Counted from the first letter of the stretch, positions 17,721 to 32,632 are shown. The stretch is 64,000 bases of DNA from the human T2T-CHM13v2.0 reference genome, Homo sapiens (GCF_009914755.1 NC_060931.1); one strand, 5' to 3'. Numbers and translations are program-made. The notes: generated from the sequence alone by a model not told the origin.

Positions 17721-18199
17721 GCAAGGTGAGATTTTAAATAAGACTTAACCAGGAAGCAGCTGCTATGAGGTTGAGAACAGAAAACAAATACTATAACTGA
17801 AGCAGCAGATAGTGGAAAAACCTCATTAGTACTCCAGGCATCCAGCTAAGACACTACAAAGACCACCTCTTAAGAGATGGTCAGTTTCCACTGATTTGCC
17901 CCCCAACAGAGCGTAAAAACGAACCTACACAAATTTAAGGTGGTCAGCCAGTAATTGAATTACCTACTAGAACAAAAATCAGCACTCTTCAGAGAAAGAT
18001 AACACATAATCACTCTAACATAGGATTCACAATGTTCAGTCTATAGTCAAATATTCACAGGCATGCAAAGAAAAAAGAAAATCTGACCACAGTCTTTTTA
18101 AAAAGTCCATAAAAACCAATCCCAGGATGGCCTAGAGCCTTGATGTTGGATTTAGCACATACAACTTTAAAGAGCTATTATAAACATAGAAAAGTATAT

Positions 18200-18273
18200 T
18201 CAGAGAATTAAAGAAAACTATTGTCTTAATGATTAATCAGAGAATTAAAGAAAACTATTGTCTTAATGATTAA
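18200..18273. repeat. 37-bp tandem duplication
   Basis: tcagagaattaaagaaaactattgtcttaatgattaa x2. Confidence 0.92.
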
Positions 18274-18360
18274 ACAGATAGGGTATCTCACCAAAGAAAT
18301 GGGAACTATAAAAAAGAACCAAATGAAAATTCTAGATCTGAAAAAAATTTGGGTGTTTCC

Positions 18361-18408
18361 GTGTGTGTGTGTGTGTATGTATGTGTGTGTGTGTGTTGAG
18401 AGAGAGAA
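18361..18408. repeat. (GT)n/(GA)n microsatellite
   Basis: Direct read. Confidence 0.9.
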
Positions 18409-18442
18409 AAAAACCCTAAATGCTGAAAAATGTTAAAAAGTA

Positions 18443-18605
18443 AGCCAGGCACAATGGATCATGCCTATAATCCCAACTACTTAGGAGGCTGAGGCAGGGG
18501 GATCACTTGAGCCCAGGAGATCAAGACTACAGTGAATTCTGATGGCACCACTGCACTCACCAGGGTGACAATGCAAGACCCTGCCTCAAAAAACTAAATA
18601 AATAA
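18443..18605 (+). mobile_element. Alu monomer (FRAM/FAM-like)
   Basis: Single arm with taaa tail. Confidence 0.78.
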
Positions 18606-18757
18606 ATTCTAAATAAATGAAGGATATACAGATATTCACTTTTACTTTCCAAAAACCTCTGTGGATTTGAATTTTTTAAGACTAAAGAAATATTTTTTAA
18701 AATGTATTTTTATTTGTATATACACAAAAAAAGAAGATAAAAGTTTTAATAAGCCAA

Positions 18758-19060
18758 GGCTGGGTGTGGTGGCTCATGCCTGTAATCCCAGTACTTTGGG
18801 AGACTGAGGTGGGAGGATTACATGAGTCCTGGAGTTCAAGACAAGCCTGGGCAACATAGTGACAACCCATCTCTAAAAAAATTTTTTTTTTAATTTAGCA
18901 GGTGTGGTGACACACACCTGTAGTCCCAGCTCCTTGGGAGGCTGAGGCAGGAGCATCGCTTGAGATCAGGAGGTCAATGCTACAGTGAGCCATGTTTGTG
19001 CCACTGCACTCCAGCCTGGGCAACAGAGCAAGACACTGTCTTAAAAATAAACAAAAAAAG
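18758..19060 (+). mobile_element. AluJ
   Basis: Full Alu; TSD-like aagtt...ataagccaa. Confidence 0.88.
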
Positions 19061-19099
19061 AAGTTATAAGCCAAGGAATAACCTAACTAAGTGTGCATT

Positions 19100-19550
19100 T
19101 GAGTAGCATCCCTCCAATGGTATCGAACTGAACTGACATGTGGGTGGATCATAGATGAAACCCAATAAGATCAGCTCCAGTGAATGCTGTTGTCTAGGAA
19201 GTGGAAACTTGACCCAAGGCAATACCAATGTGGTCAGAGAGGAAGGAAGACTTACAGAATACGAAGAGAGGTCAAGATATATGGGACTAAAGATTGTATG
19301 TAAGGACCAAGAGATAACAAGGATGATTCCCAGATGACTGCTGTGGCTGACTGGCAATATAATTTCCTGGGAAAAATCCCAGAGGAGAGGCAGTTTTCAA
19401 GAATAAAGAAAATCCATTTTGGCTTTAGATATTTGGAGTTTAAGGGACTTGTGAGACACCTGCACAGGACTACAGGTACTAGGTCTAAAATCCAAGAGGG
19501 AGGCAGGACTGGAGATACGTATCTTGAGGTCATCAGCACGTAGATGCTCG
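19100..19550 (-). mobile_element. L2 fragment
   Basis: ttttggctttagatatttggagtttaagggacttgtgagacacc...ggagatacgtatcttgaggtcatcagcacgtagatg. Confidence 0.6.
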
Positions 19551-19687
19551 GGCAGAAGGCAACAAAAACCAACCCCAGGAGACAAAGAGTGTGCCTCATA
19601 CTTCTTTAATCTTTTTTAAAAATTTCACATCTATAGAGGTTTAGGAATGCATGGTGAATATCTATCTTCCATTCTTTCTTATAATAT

Positions 19688-19830
19688 TTCTTTTTGTTTT
19701 CTTTTTTCTGAGGGAGTGCCATGGCACAATCATAGCTCACTGCAGCCTTGACTTCCCGGGCTCAAGCAATCCTCCCTCCTCGGCCTCATGAGTAGTTAGG
19801 ATTATAAGCATGAACCACTGTGCCTGCCTT
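19688..19830 (-). mobile_element. Partial Alu monomer
   Basis: Alu right-arm sequence. Confidence 0.75.
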
Positions 19831-19832
19831 TT

Positions 19833-19846
<14 letters not shown>

Positions 19847-19903
<57 letters not shown>
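19847..19903. repeat. (AT)~28 microsatellite after an A-run
   Basis: Direct read. Confidence 0.95.
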
Positions 19904-19906
<3 letters not shown>

Positions 19907-20089
19907 TTCAGCAGGCAGGAGATGAGGGGTACACAATGAATGCAGAGATGACAAATATGTAGAAAAGAGGAAGGAGGAGATCTAGGTAACGACATGGGTA
20001 CCAAGGCAGTGATGGACTGCAAAAACTAAGGTGTGAACAACAGTGCCAGATGCTGCAGAAAGTCCTGAATAAACATTAAAAGTCATCTA

Positions 20090-20476
<387 letters not shown>

Positions 20477-20582
20477 CTACTAAAATGGAACCCCAGGTTC
20501 AAAGGATGGCAGTCTGGTATTCTATTCCCATACTCAAAATACCCCCTATGATATACAGAAGAGTATATCAGTATAAATATTA

Positions 20583-20903
<321 letters not shown>

Positions 20904-21461
20904 TTAATTTTGAGACATGCACACATGTGAGAGGCTGGGAATTTTTGCTAATTGCCCCGCCAATGAAATTGGAGAGACACAATTTCCACCCACACTTGGA
21001 ACTACAGTGGCACATAAGGAAGACTGACTCACCACAATACATTGACAGTAAATCATGCAGTCACTCCCTACTTCACAGCCACTGTTTTCCATGGGAATCT
21101 ATTCCTCAACCCAAACCCACTTCAGCAGCACCCTTTTTTAAGCTCATTTGGGGAACACAACTTAACCGCAGCCATGGGTTGGTATGTCCCATCCTGGGTT
21201 ATCTATACAGCACAGGTGAAAGCCAAAATGTTCCTAGGATGACCAAACGTACAAGAGTAGCTTGGGAATGGGAAGGAGAGAAGGAGAGAGGAAGAACAAA
21301 CAACATAGATGGAGAATTCTGTGGCATAGGGCGCAAAGACAGCAGGAACAACCACCGAGACCCCCACCTCTGCCCAGAGCCATGGGCTACATGAATGTCT
21401 TCTGGAAACTGGAGACGGCATGCATATCAATCTCTCACCAGTCTAAGGATAAAAAGGCTTA

Positions 21462-21778
<317 letters not shown>

Positions 21779-21809
21779 TCAGGTTTGGGATAAAGTGAAG
21801 AAGGCAAGA

Positions 21810-22124
21810 TTCTTTTTTTTTTTTTTTTTTTTTTTCCCCCTAGAGACAGGGTCTTTCTTTCTCACCAAGGCTCAAGTGCAAGTGCAGTAGTACAATCATA
21901 GCTTACAGTAGCCTCAAACTCCTGGGCTCAGGCGATCCTCCCACCTCAGCCTCACAAGTGGTGGGGACTACAGGCATGCACCAACACATCCAGCTAATTT
22001 TTTGTAGAGACAGGGTCTCCCTATGTTGCCCAGGCTGGTCTCCAACTCCTAGGCTCAAGTGATCTTCCTGCCTCAGCCTCCCAAAGTGCTGGGATTACAT
22101 AGGCATGAGCCACTGTGCCTGGCC
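21810..22124 (-). mobile_element. AluJ
   Basis: Tail-to-tail with the previous Alu. Confidence 0.88.
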
Positions 22125-22537
22125 AAAGTTAGACTCCTTACAAACCTTGTTTACTGACAAATACTGAGCCTACAAAAAAACTTCATAATGTTGAGTTACA
22201 AAGCATAATAGAAAAAAGCAATATAAATTATACAAAAAAAAAGTTTCATGCAAAAGAAAGTTACCATCATCTGGAAGACGTAGAGAAAAAGACTTTTATT
22301 ATGAATATATATACAAATAATTTATGACCAGAAACAGAAGAGATTTTCACAAACTGGAAAATAGCTAATAGCTATTTCCTAATAGCTCCAAACTGAAAAC
22401 AACCCAAATATCCACTGAGAATAAAATAGGAAAATAAATTAAGATATATTTATATACAGTGGAACATTATATATTAAAGAAAAGAGGTAAACTTCAGATG
22501 GAGGTGAATTTAGTTTAAGATTAAGATAGCATTACAA

Positions 22538-22863
<326 letters not shown>

Positions 22864-23306
22864 TTAAGAAAACTATTCTTCAACAATCATACTGCATATA
22901 TCTAATAGAATTCCATATAATGCACTCTAAAAGTATAAGATATTGCTAATAAATCTGGTATATGCATAAACTTCCTGGATAGACGTAAGCTCCTTGGAAA
23001 GAGGCAATGAATATTATGCTTATTTGATTTTCCTCTACTACCTAGAAGGCATTTCCTCCTCCACCTAGTAAATATCCGTTTAATGAATGAATAAAAATGG
23101 ATGAATGAATGAATGACTGTCTCCATCAATCCACCTTCACTGAGTTTGGCTGGGTGATTCCCAACTTTAATCTGATCATTTTGAAGCAGCTTTGCATGTT
23201 TCCCTCCTGAGCTTTGTGTAAAGAGAAGAAATAGGGACTTCTCAGAAGGGAATTGCAGCTGAAAATGACCTGCGTGGCAAGTGGTCCTTTTCATGCCTGT
23301 TTTCAG

Positions 23307-23390
23307 AGGATAACCATTCACGAAGTGCACACCTTTGGCCCTTACACTGGAGGAAAGGGATTTTCCATCATTGGTGATAAACACGAACAG
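23307..23390 (+). other. Candidate antisense exon-like segment (84 nt)
   Basis: ccttttcatgcctgttttcag|AGGATA...GAACAG|gtgggg; 28 open codons; motif evidence only. Confidence 0.18.
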
Positions 23391-24668
23391 GTGGGGAAAC
23401 CTGTAGCCATTCACAAGCAGAAGGCTGCAGTGGCTGCAGGGTGGGGAGCTTGACAGCAGATAAGGATAGCACCCAACTAATGCCTATGCTCAAGGCAGCC
23501 AGACCACAAAGGATGCTGCGATGTCCATCAGTGTCCAACACATCAACTCCCAGTGCAGCACCACCTGTCCTCTGAGGGTAAATGAGTGCCCCCAACCAGC
23601 AGAACTTTAGGGTCACCTTGCCATGCAGCAGCCCAAGAGAACAGCAAGCAAACTATGCCCTGGAAACTGGCTTCCCCAACACCAATCCATAGTCATCTGA
23701 ATTGATTCAAGCCAGTTGGTTTCCAGACCCTGCGTGCCTGCTCTAAAATCAGAACACATCCGCACTGTCCTGCCCAGAGCCCCAAGATGCTTGTAATAAA
23801 CCAGGAACAGTCATAACTCAGTGTTCGCCTTGGCAAAAACTAAATAAATAAGTAGAACGAATCTTCTGTCAGAAAATAAATGGCCCTTCCCCAGGCTGAG
23901 AGCCTGGATTACCCTCCTGAAGGACAAACACAGCATCTTCACCAGCCAATCTCGGGACTTTATAAAGCCCCCACTTCACTCAATAAACTACCCCAAGGCT
24001 GCCAATGCTCAGGCTGCCAGCCTGGGCTTGGAGGGCTCTTAGAATTACTCTCGCTAATCTACATACTGAAAAAGTGCATTTCAGTGCTTCTCAAGCTGCC
24101 TTTGCCTGATTAAAATAGCAAGTTTATATGCTTTTCTGTTTGTCCAGGAAAGTGGAGGGCATTTCACCAGGGCACCCAAGTAGGGAGAGGAGGGTTGAAA
24201 TCCAGCCAGCAGCCCTCTTGAAAAGCCATGCACCCCCACAGTAGCCCTGAACAGTTGCCTTAGCAGAGCTTGAATTTAACAGTGAAAAAAGCCATTGCAC
24301 TGAAAAGTCACAGAGAAATCATCTCTTGATCATTCATGGCAAAGTTGGGAAGGAGGAAGGGGGGAGAATATGGAAAGCCACAGATGATTCCAAACTCCAT
24401 TTGGTTAGTGATTTTTAACCTCTTAAATAATTGCCCAAAACATATAGATAGTGTTGCCCAGTTCTCAGCCAGGGCCACTCAGTGGGTCCTGCACGCATGG
24501 GGGACTCCCAGTCCCTCCTGCTGATGACTGAGCCTGGAGGATCTACTCAAATAAACAGAAGCAAACATCCACCCCACATTAATGTACCACCTGCCCTAAT
24601 GTCTATTCACAGTGAAGACTCCCATAGGTAGGAAAAGCCTGGGCCTCACTTCACCTCCCAAACACACC

Positions 24669-25591
24669 TGCTATGAGCTGAATGTTTGGGTCCCCCCAAA
24701 ATGCCTATGTGGAAACCTAACCACCAACGTGATGTCATTAAGAAGTGAGGTCTTTCAGGAGGTGATTAGGAGGGAGCAGCCCTCATGAATGGGATTAGTG
24801 CCTGCTATGGTTTGAATGTCCCTTCCAAACCTCACATTGACATTTGATTAGCATTATGACAGTGCTAAGAGGTGGGATGGTTAAGACGTGATTTGACTAT
24901 GAAAGATCTGCCCTCATGAATGGATTAATGTCATTATCTCGGGGGGAGTTCATTATCCAGAGCGTGGACTATTATAAAAGTGAGTTTAGCCCTCTCTTGC
25001 TCTTACCCTCTCTCGCCTTTCCACCTTCTGTCATGGGATGAAACAGCATGAAGGCCCTCACCAGATACCAGTGCTATGCACTTGGACTTCCCAGTCTTCA
25101 GAACCATCAGCCAAATATAGTTTTTTTCTATATCAATTACCCAGAAGGTACTATGTTGTTATAGCAACACAAAGCAGACTAAGACAGTGCCCTTACATAC
25201 TCAAGGCACAAAAGAACTTATTCACTCTCTCCACCATATGAGGACACAGCAAGAAAAGTGACATCTATGAATCAGAAAGTGGCCCTCCCCAGACATCAAA
25301 TCTGCTGGCACCTTGATCTTAGACTTCCAAGCCTCCTGAACTGTGCGAAATAAATTTCTGTTCTTTATGAGCCACCTAGTCTATGGTGTTTTGTTATAGC
25401 AGCCTGAACAGACCAAGACGCCACCCAAGTGACATCTATGAATCAGAAAGTGGCCCTCCCCAGACATCAAATCTGCTGGCATCTTTATCTTAGACTTCCA
25501 AGCCTCCCAAACTGTGAGAAATAAATTTCTGTTTTTTATGAGCCACCTAGTCTATGGTGTTTTGTTACAGCAGCCTGAACAGACCAAGACA
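24669..25591 (+). mobile_element. MLT1A-like LTR, interrupted by an MST LTR and with a duplicated 3' end
   Basis: tgctatgagctgaatgtttgggtcccccc...ttgttatagcagcctgaacagaccaagac. Confidence 0.82.
24803..25186 (+). mobile_element. MST-family LTR nested in the MLT1A
   Basis: TG...CA ends; perfect 5-bp TSD gtgcc at 24798-24802 and 25187-25191. Confidence 0.87.
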
Positions 25592-25600
25592 CCACCCAAG
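25256..25600. repeat. 171-bp tandem duplication
   Basis: Copies start at 25256 and 25427; about 8 mismatches by eye; aag microhomology. Confidence 0.92.
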
Positions 25601-26319
25601 GGCAGCCTTAGCCTGAATTTGTGGTCGCCTGTATGGGCTCACTTTGGAGGAGGTCAGAGCTCAATTTCCTGCTTCTGTGTCCTGCACCAGCACACCTTTT
25701 GCTCAACTGAAGACCAGAAGATGTAAGGGTTCCTGCTCTCCTCTCAGGCCACCAGTCTTTGTCCAGACCACAGTGAGCAGCCGCTATCCCTAGGAATCTT
25801 GATTCTGCCCCAATCACTCCACTTCTTCAAACATCCCCCAGACTCTCTTTGGACCCAGCCCACCGGGGCCACATCCTCTGCTGCCTCCCTGCTCATTCAT
25901 GTAAATAAGCAAGCATTTAAATAAGCACACAAGCAAAATGGATGAGAGAAGGAGAAGCTATTCAATGGCCTCTCCTCTTCACCTCCCTCACTTCCTGCCT
26001 GTTGTGAAGCAAGTTTGGCTTCACTGTCTCAGAGCCAAATGTCCTCCATCTTCCTTCTGGGAGAAATGAGGCTCCCTAATGTGCACATACAAAGCACACT
26101 GATTTGAACCATTACACTTAAAAGCAAATATGTGGGCCAACTGGGGTAATTTTGACTTCTCTACTTGAGAAAGTAAATTTAAACTTTGTGCCTTAAAATG
26201 ATATTATTACAAACAACAAAGTATTCAAAAACACGAGGGAAAACTGATTCTGGTTTGACCTCAGCCGATGTAGTACCTAGGTAAAAACATCAGGCCAAAT
26301 CAACCTAATCCTCTATTCC

Positions 26320-26334
26320 GGGGGGGGGGGGGGG
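26320..26334. repeat. G15 homopolymer
   Basis: Direct read. Confidence 0.9.
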
Positions 26335-26784
26335 ACTTGTTTTTCCTATTTTTAATTAGAGGATTGTTTATCCAAGATACAATGAGACACAGTCCTAGGA
26401 TGAATTTAGTCATCACGTTCCCAGGTTTATGTCCATCCCTAACCCCTGCCTTGAGCACCCAGGGCTGTACTGTGTTACAAAGAAACAGAGGCAATTAAAA
26501 TAATTGCTATCCACTGTCACCTAGACAAAGCTTCCAGATGATTCTGATCTGGACAGGATTCAAAGCACCATGGCCAGAAGTCAAGAGACAGCCATTAACA
26601 GGGCTTAAACCTCCCCTGCAGATGGACTCCATTGTCAGTGACAACACAGAAACAAGACAATTCCATTGGTGATAAAGACTCCGGAAAATGGAAAACACAT
26701 TTTAAGAGAGGTGAAGGCTATCCCCCCAGTCACTATCCAAGGAAACCGAAATATCCACCATAGATTGCTCAGGCTATCAGGTCT

Positions 26785-26786
<2 letters not shown>

Positions 26787-26828
<42 letters not shown>
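26787..26828. repeat. (AC)21 microsatellite, read as (UG)n in CALN1 pre-mRNA
   Basis: Direct read; about 170 nt downstream of the exon donor. Confidence 0.95.
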
Positions 26829-26832
<4 letters not shown>

Positions 26833-26999
26833 CTTGGGCAAAACTTTGTCTCTGAACTCTTTCCCATTATGCCATGGCTACACTTGGCCACAACTGCCAA
26901 GGAGTGGCCAAAGTCCAGGGCTTTCAATTGAGCTTCACAATAGCCAGAAACACCTCCCTGGGAGGGGGGCCATCCCCCCAAACAGGGTAGGCTCCTTAC

Positions 27000-27124
27000 C
27001 ATCGAGCTCCTCCACGGAGATATTAGCCAGCTGTTCGCTGTCACTGCCAGCAGAGAGCGATCGGTTGAGGTAATTCCCCTTGTACAACAAGCCGGCGGTC
27101 ACATGGTGGAACGGCATCTTTTCC
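27000..27124 (-). CDS. CALN1: CALN1 (calneuron-1/CaBP8) internal coding exon, 125 nt; contains the ATG (27117-27115) of the short isoform and is fully coding in the longer N-terminal isoform
   Basis: Minus strand reads polypyrimidine tract tctttcttttcccctcccctgttctctcttgggcag|G GAA AAG ATG CCG TTC...GAG CTC GAT G|gtaagg. The translation EKMPFHHVTAGLLYKGNYLNRSLSAGSDSEQLANISVEELD matches the recalled CALN1 N-terminus before EF-hand 1. Canonical AG/GT, phase 2 in and phase 1 out. Confidence 0.96.
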
Positions 27125-28996
27125 CTGCCCAAGAGAGAACAGGGGAGGGGAAAAGAAAGACATCATCATTCATTCTTCCTTTCCTTTCTTAAAGGACCAT
27201 CTGATTTTCAGATGGCCAGTGTCATTTTAAAAATAGCAGTAATATTTCTAGTGGGAAAGTCAAGATATTTCCAGGGTCCCAATGACCTGAGCAATTTCCA
27301 AAGGAATTCAGGTTTTTCCCATTCCTTCACTGTACATCTTACTTCATTTTCCCCATTTAATTATGAATTTGAACGATGTTGTCCTTGTTAATCATGGCAC
27401 ACCACATCACCATCGAACTATCTCTTTGCAAACGGCAATATCCTTGACTCCTTTCCTTGGCCCGATAAATTCTCACTTGATGCTTGTAAGGAAGGACTGA
27501 GAATCCCAGAAGTGTAGGGATGCCCAGGGACTAGATGTCTTGTCTGTGATCAAGCAGAGATCCAAATGTCTCATTTCTCCCAGATAATATAGGCATTGCA
27601 CTCACACAGCACTCAAAACAGGTAGGAAATGCCCAAGCTCTAAGTAAGTACATGCAATGCTCTGCATCTCAAGCAGCAGCTGCCAAACCTGGTTGAGATG
27701 CAGATGCTGCTTACATGAGTGGTGTGTGAGCACACACATTCTGAAATGCTAATCACACCTGCCCTGCTGGAAACAGGAGTGACGCCTTCAGGTGTCCCAC
27801 AACGAAGCTACTTCCAGCACTCTCACACAAAGTTAAAGCATCCTTCTACGCCAATAGAAAAAAGCTCCTGAACCCAGATGGTCATCAATGGGGCTTAGAA
27901 GTTTCCACTAATGCAAGGCTGACTGGAGGCTCCAGGCTACGGAAAAAAGAGATGTGAGATAAAAGGACAGCAAAGACAATGGAAGAGAATGGAAGAATGA
28001 GCAACGACAAGAAAGAGGAAAGGCAGATGGGAAGATTATCTTCTCCAAAGCAGAAAGAGCATAGCTCCTGGCCCAACTTGTCTAATGATGCTCTCCGTGA
28101 CTTTGAACAAGACGCCGAATGCTTCACATTCTGGTTCCCCATCTAGCAAAGGGGACTAAGAGGATGGATAAACCTCTGAGCAGAATTAGGGCCAACAGGC
28201 AGGAAGCACAGGAGTCAATCACAAGGAGTGGGTAGAGAACATCTTTGTATCGGAGCTTCTGGAAAGTGAACTGGGCAGCACTCAACCTGTGAAACCCCTG
28301 AAAATTAAAAGGTTTAACCAGGAGCACAAAGCCAGTTAGTGACAGAAGTTGTTCTAGAACTCCAGCATCCTACATGCTATTTCCATTAAGCAGACCCAGC
28401 TAAGTGCCAGACATTTCCACCCGGATGTCAAACCCTCATTTCAAACTCAAAATGTCTAAAAATGAATTAATTATCTTCCTACAAAGTAGGCTACACTTTC
28501 TGGTTTCTCTATTTCTATCAAAGGTGCTTTTCGCTCATCACAACAACTGGGACAACTCTCCCAAATGCTCGGGGCCCCAAAAAGTAAAACAGACACATGG
28601 CTGAGGCAAGAGCCAACTGTCAGCTTGCAACCCATCCCCTCGCCCTTAACTCTTTCCATAGCTAACAGCATGTACATCCACAGAACAATTGCAAATGGCA
28701 GGATGCTGATTACAAAGGGTATATGCATTTGCCAATTATAAGAGGTACATCTTCAGCTAGTTACAAGTGAGATGTTTCCAAATCTATCCTTATATTTAAA
28801 CAGAATACAAGAATCTTTCTCTAGAAGAACACTTCAATGACCACCTCCTTTTTTCTCCAAGTTAATTTTCAGACCAAAAAGCTTTAAAAGGAAGAATCGC
28901 ATGTGTGAATTAGGACTACTCTATCTTTTCCTTAAGGCCAATCCTGATTTCTTGGGACTGTGTGTCATGGTCATTTGAGTACGGACTGATACCCAC

Positions 28997-29689
<693 letters not shown>

Positions 29690-29776
29690 TCCATGGTCCA
29701 GAAAATGAGATGTCAACCCTGGCTAACACTTCTTATGTGATTTCAACTTCACCCTCAGTACCAGTCCCACACACAG

Positions 29777-29957
29777 TGAGCCTCACCAGCTGTTATCTTA
29801 ACATGTTTAAGTCTTCATAAACATGGGAAGACACCTGCTCTGATATTATCTAATTTGTTAGCTAAGCCTCACTAGATGAGCCTCACCAGCTGCTACCTTA
29901 ACCAACGTTTAAGTCTTCACAAGCATGGAAAGACACCTGCTCTGTTCTTATCTAATT
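29777..29957. repeat. Diverged 100-bp-period tandem duplication
   Basis: tgagcctcaccagctg...gtttaagtcttca...gacacctgctctg...tatctaatt at 29777 and 29877. Confidence 0.85.
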
Positions 29958-30687
29958 CACTTCCTGGAACAAGACCCACTAAGGTCGGTACAAAAAGCAT
30001 TCCTTCCATTCCACCATGCATCACTCTAGTTTCTCAGCATTTTATAAATATCTTCCTATTGTCACCTTTTACCTGGTTGTCTGCAGCTTTGGATTCACTA
30101 CACAAATTTTTACAGTCATAATAAGGATGTTATACTCAAGCAAGCATCTCCAACCCACGCCCCAGTTCAGCCACAGAATAAATGTTGAGTACTTTGCAGA
30201 GAAAACTGGTCACAACTGAATCCCACTTGATATACCAACATAATTTGCTTCTGAAAAAAAAAGGCAGCTTACAAAATTAGGTACACATTCAGTTCATTTA
30301 GTCTCTGCATTCAAAAAGCTCAAAGTCTAGTGGGGAAGAAACCATGAGCAATGGAACGATCCATATAGATATATAAAGTCATGTTCAAGAAAGGGAAGAA
30401 CATTATCCTAAGTAAGCTAAAAACAGCTGCTGCAATTAAGGACTAAATTTCACTCCAAGCTGCCTAGGGAAACCCAAGCTTTAAGATTCTCTCCTTGGCT
30501 AAGGGAAGAGAAATACACAAGTTCAAGCAAAGATAAACCTTGTCCTGAAACTAAAACTTGAAGATGGATCCTTCTATAGAGAGCAACAAACAAAAATAAA
30601 TAAATATTTTCAACAGCAGTTTCACTCACTGTGAAATATTTAAGCGACTGTCATGAAAACAATCTTTCTGTGTTTTATGTAAACCAG

Positions 30688-31062
30688 TGATATGGTCTGA
30701 ATGAATGTGTCCCCCAGTAATTCATACACTGGAATCTAAGACTCTAATGTGGTAGTATTAAGAGATGGAGCCTTTAGAAGCTGATTAGGTCCATGAGGGC
30801 TCCTCCCTCACTGATGGGATTAATACCCTTATAAAAGGGTTGGAAGGAACTAGCAAGGCTCTTTTGTCTTTCTGCCTTCCACCATGTGAAAATGCAGCAA
30901 CAAGGCAGCATCTTGGAAGCAGAGAGCAGCTCTCACCAGACACAAAATCTATAGGTGTCTCGATCTTGGACTTCCCAACCCATAGAACTGTAGGCAATGA
31001 ATGTCTGTTGTTTATAAATTAGCTAGTCTAAGGTATTTGTTACAGCAGTAGAAACTAAAGCA
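30688..31062 (+). mobile_element. MaLR LTR (MSTD/MLT1A-like)
   Basis: tgatatggtctgaatg...gggattaatacccttataaaag...tgttacagcag. Confidence 0.8.
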
Positions 31063-31085
31063 GAGTGGTTTCATGGTTAAGAATT

Positions 31086-31384
31086 GGCTGGGTGTGGTGG
31101 CTCATGCCTGTAAACCCAGAACTTTGAGAGGTTAAGGCAGGCAGATCACCCAAGGTCAGGAGTTGGACACCAGCCTGGACAACATGGTGAAACCCCGTCT
31201 CTACTAAAAATACAAATATTAGCCAGGCATGGTGGTGGGTGCCTGTAATCCCAGCTCTACTTGGGAGGCTGAGGCACAAGGATCACTTGAACCCGGGAGT
31301 GGACGTTGCAATGAGCCGAGATCGTGCCACTGCACTCCAGCCTGGGTGATCGAGGGAGACTCCATCTCAAAAAAAAAAAAAAAA
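31086..31384 (+). mobile_element. AluS in a MIR
   Basis: Full Alu. Confidence 0.88.
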
Positions 31385-31506
31385 GAATCAGCACTTTCTA
31401 GTCAAAAACAGTGTTAGATTTGAATCCTACCTCTGCCCTTATTAGCCAGGTAAATAAGTAGTTTGACCTCTGTAAGCCTGTCTCCTCTTCTGTAAAATGG
31501 GTTTTA

Positions 31507-31854
<348 letters not shown>

Positions 31855-32320
31855 ATAAGATATGGAAAGCACTGTACTTAGCACCAGGCATCTGCTCAGT
31901 GAGTAACACCAGTAATTATTTGCTAAGGATCATATGAAGCAGGATGCAGGGGCAACAAGAAGTCATGGATGAATTAGATTGATGCCTGGATTACATGCTG
32001 GATTACAAAGGAGGGTCAGTGAGACCTGACAAAGGGCAAGCTTCAGGGAGAGGCTGGCATGTAAACCACTGTGCTGAGGGATCAGGTGTGAGCAGCAAAG
32101 CACCAGCGGGTTCCAGTGCTGAATGGTGTCAGTATGCAGAAGGGGCTACTTGAATGGAAAGTGCCAGAGCCAAAGAAGAGTCCACTTCCTGGGTGCCAGG
32201 GAGGCTGGCTGAATTGTCATATCAAAGAAAAGATCTTGTGAGGTTAAAACCAAAAGGGATGGTTCCTGTTAATGGGGTCAAGGAACTGGTACATTTCTTG
32301 ACAGAGTAATATACTGAAGA

Positions 32321-32632
32321 GGCCATGTATGGTGCCTAACACCTGTAATCTCAGCATTTTGGGAGGCTGATGCTGGAAGATTACTTGAGGCTAGGAGTTC
32401 AAGACCAGTCTGGGCAACATGGTGAGACTGTGTCTCTACAGAAAAATTTTAAAAATTTTAGTCAGGCATGGTGGTGCATGACTGTAGTCCCTGCTACTCA
32501 GGAGGCTGAGGTAGGAAGATCACTTGAGCCCAGGAGTTTGAGGCTGCAGTGAACTGTGATCTTGCCACTGCCCTCCAGCCTGGGCAACAGAGGGAGACCT
32601 TGTCTCTAAAAAGTTAATTAAATAAATAAACT
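32321..32632 (+). mobile_element. AluJ
   Basis: Diverged full Alu. Confidence 0.86.

Larger units (their letters stand above)
17100..18345 (+). mobile_element. Old L1M 5'/ORF1-region fragment
   Basis: A-rich L1M-like sequence (gaaatgggaactataaaaaagaaccaaatgaaaattctagatctgaaaa). Confidence 0.55.

Noticed and set aside
26935-27132. ORF track start 'MGREK' and tail 'GKEPTLFGG...'
   Set aside because: The start lies in the splice acceptor and the tail is intron read-through; only 27000-27124 is exon.
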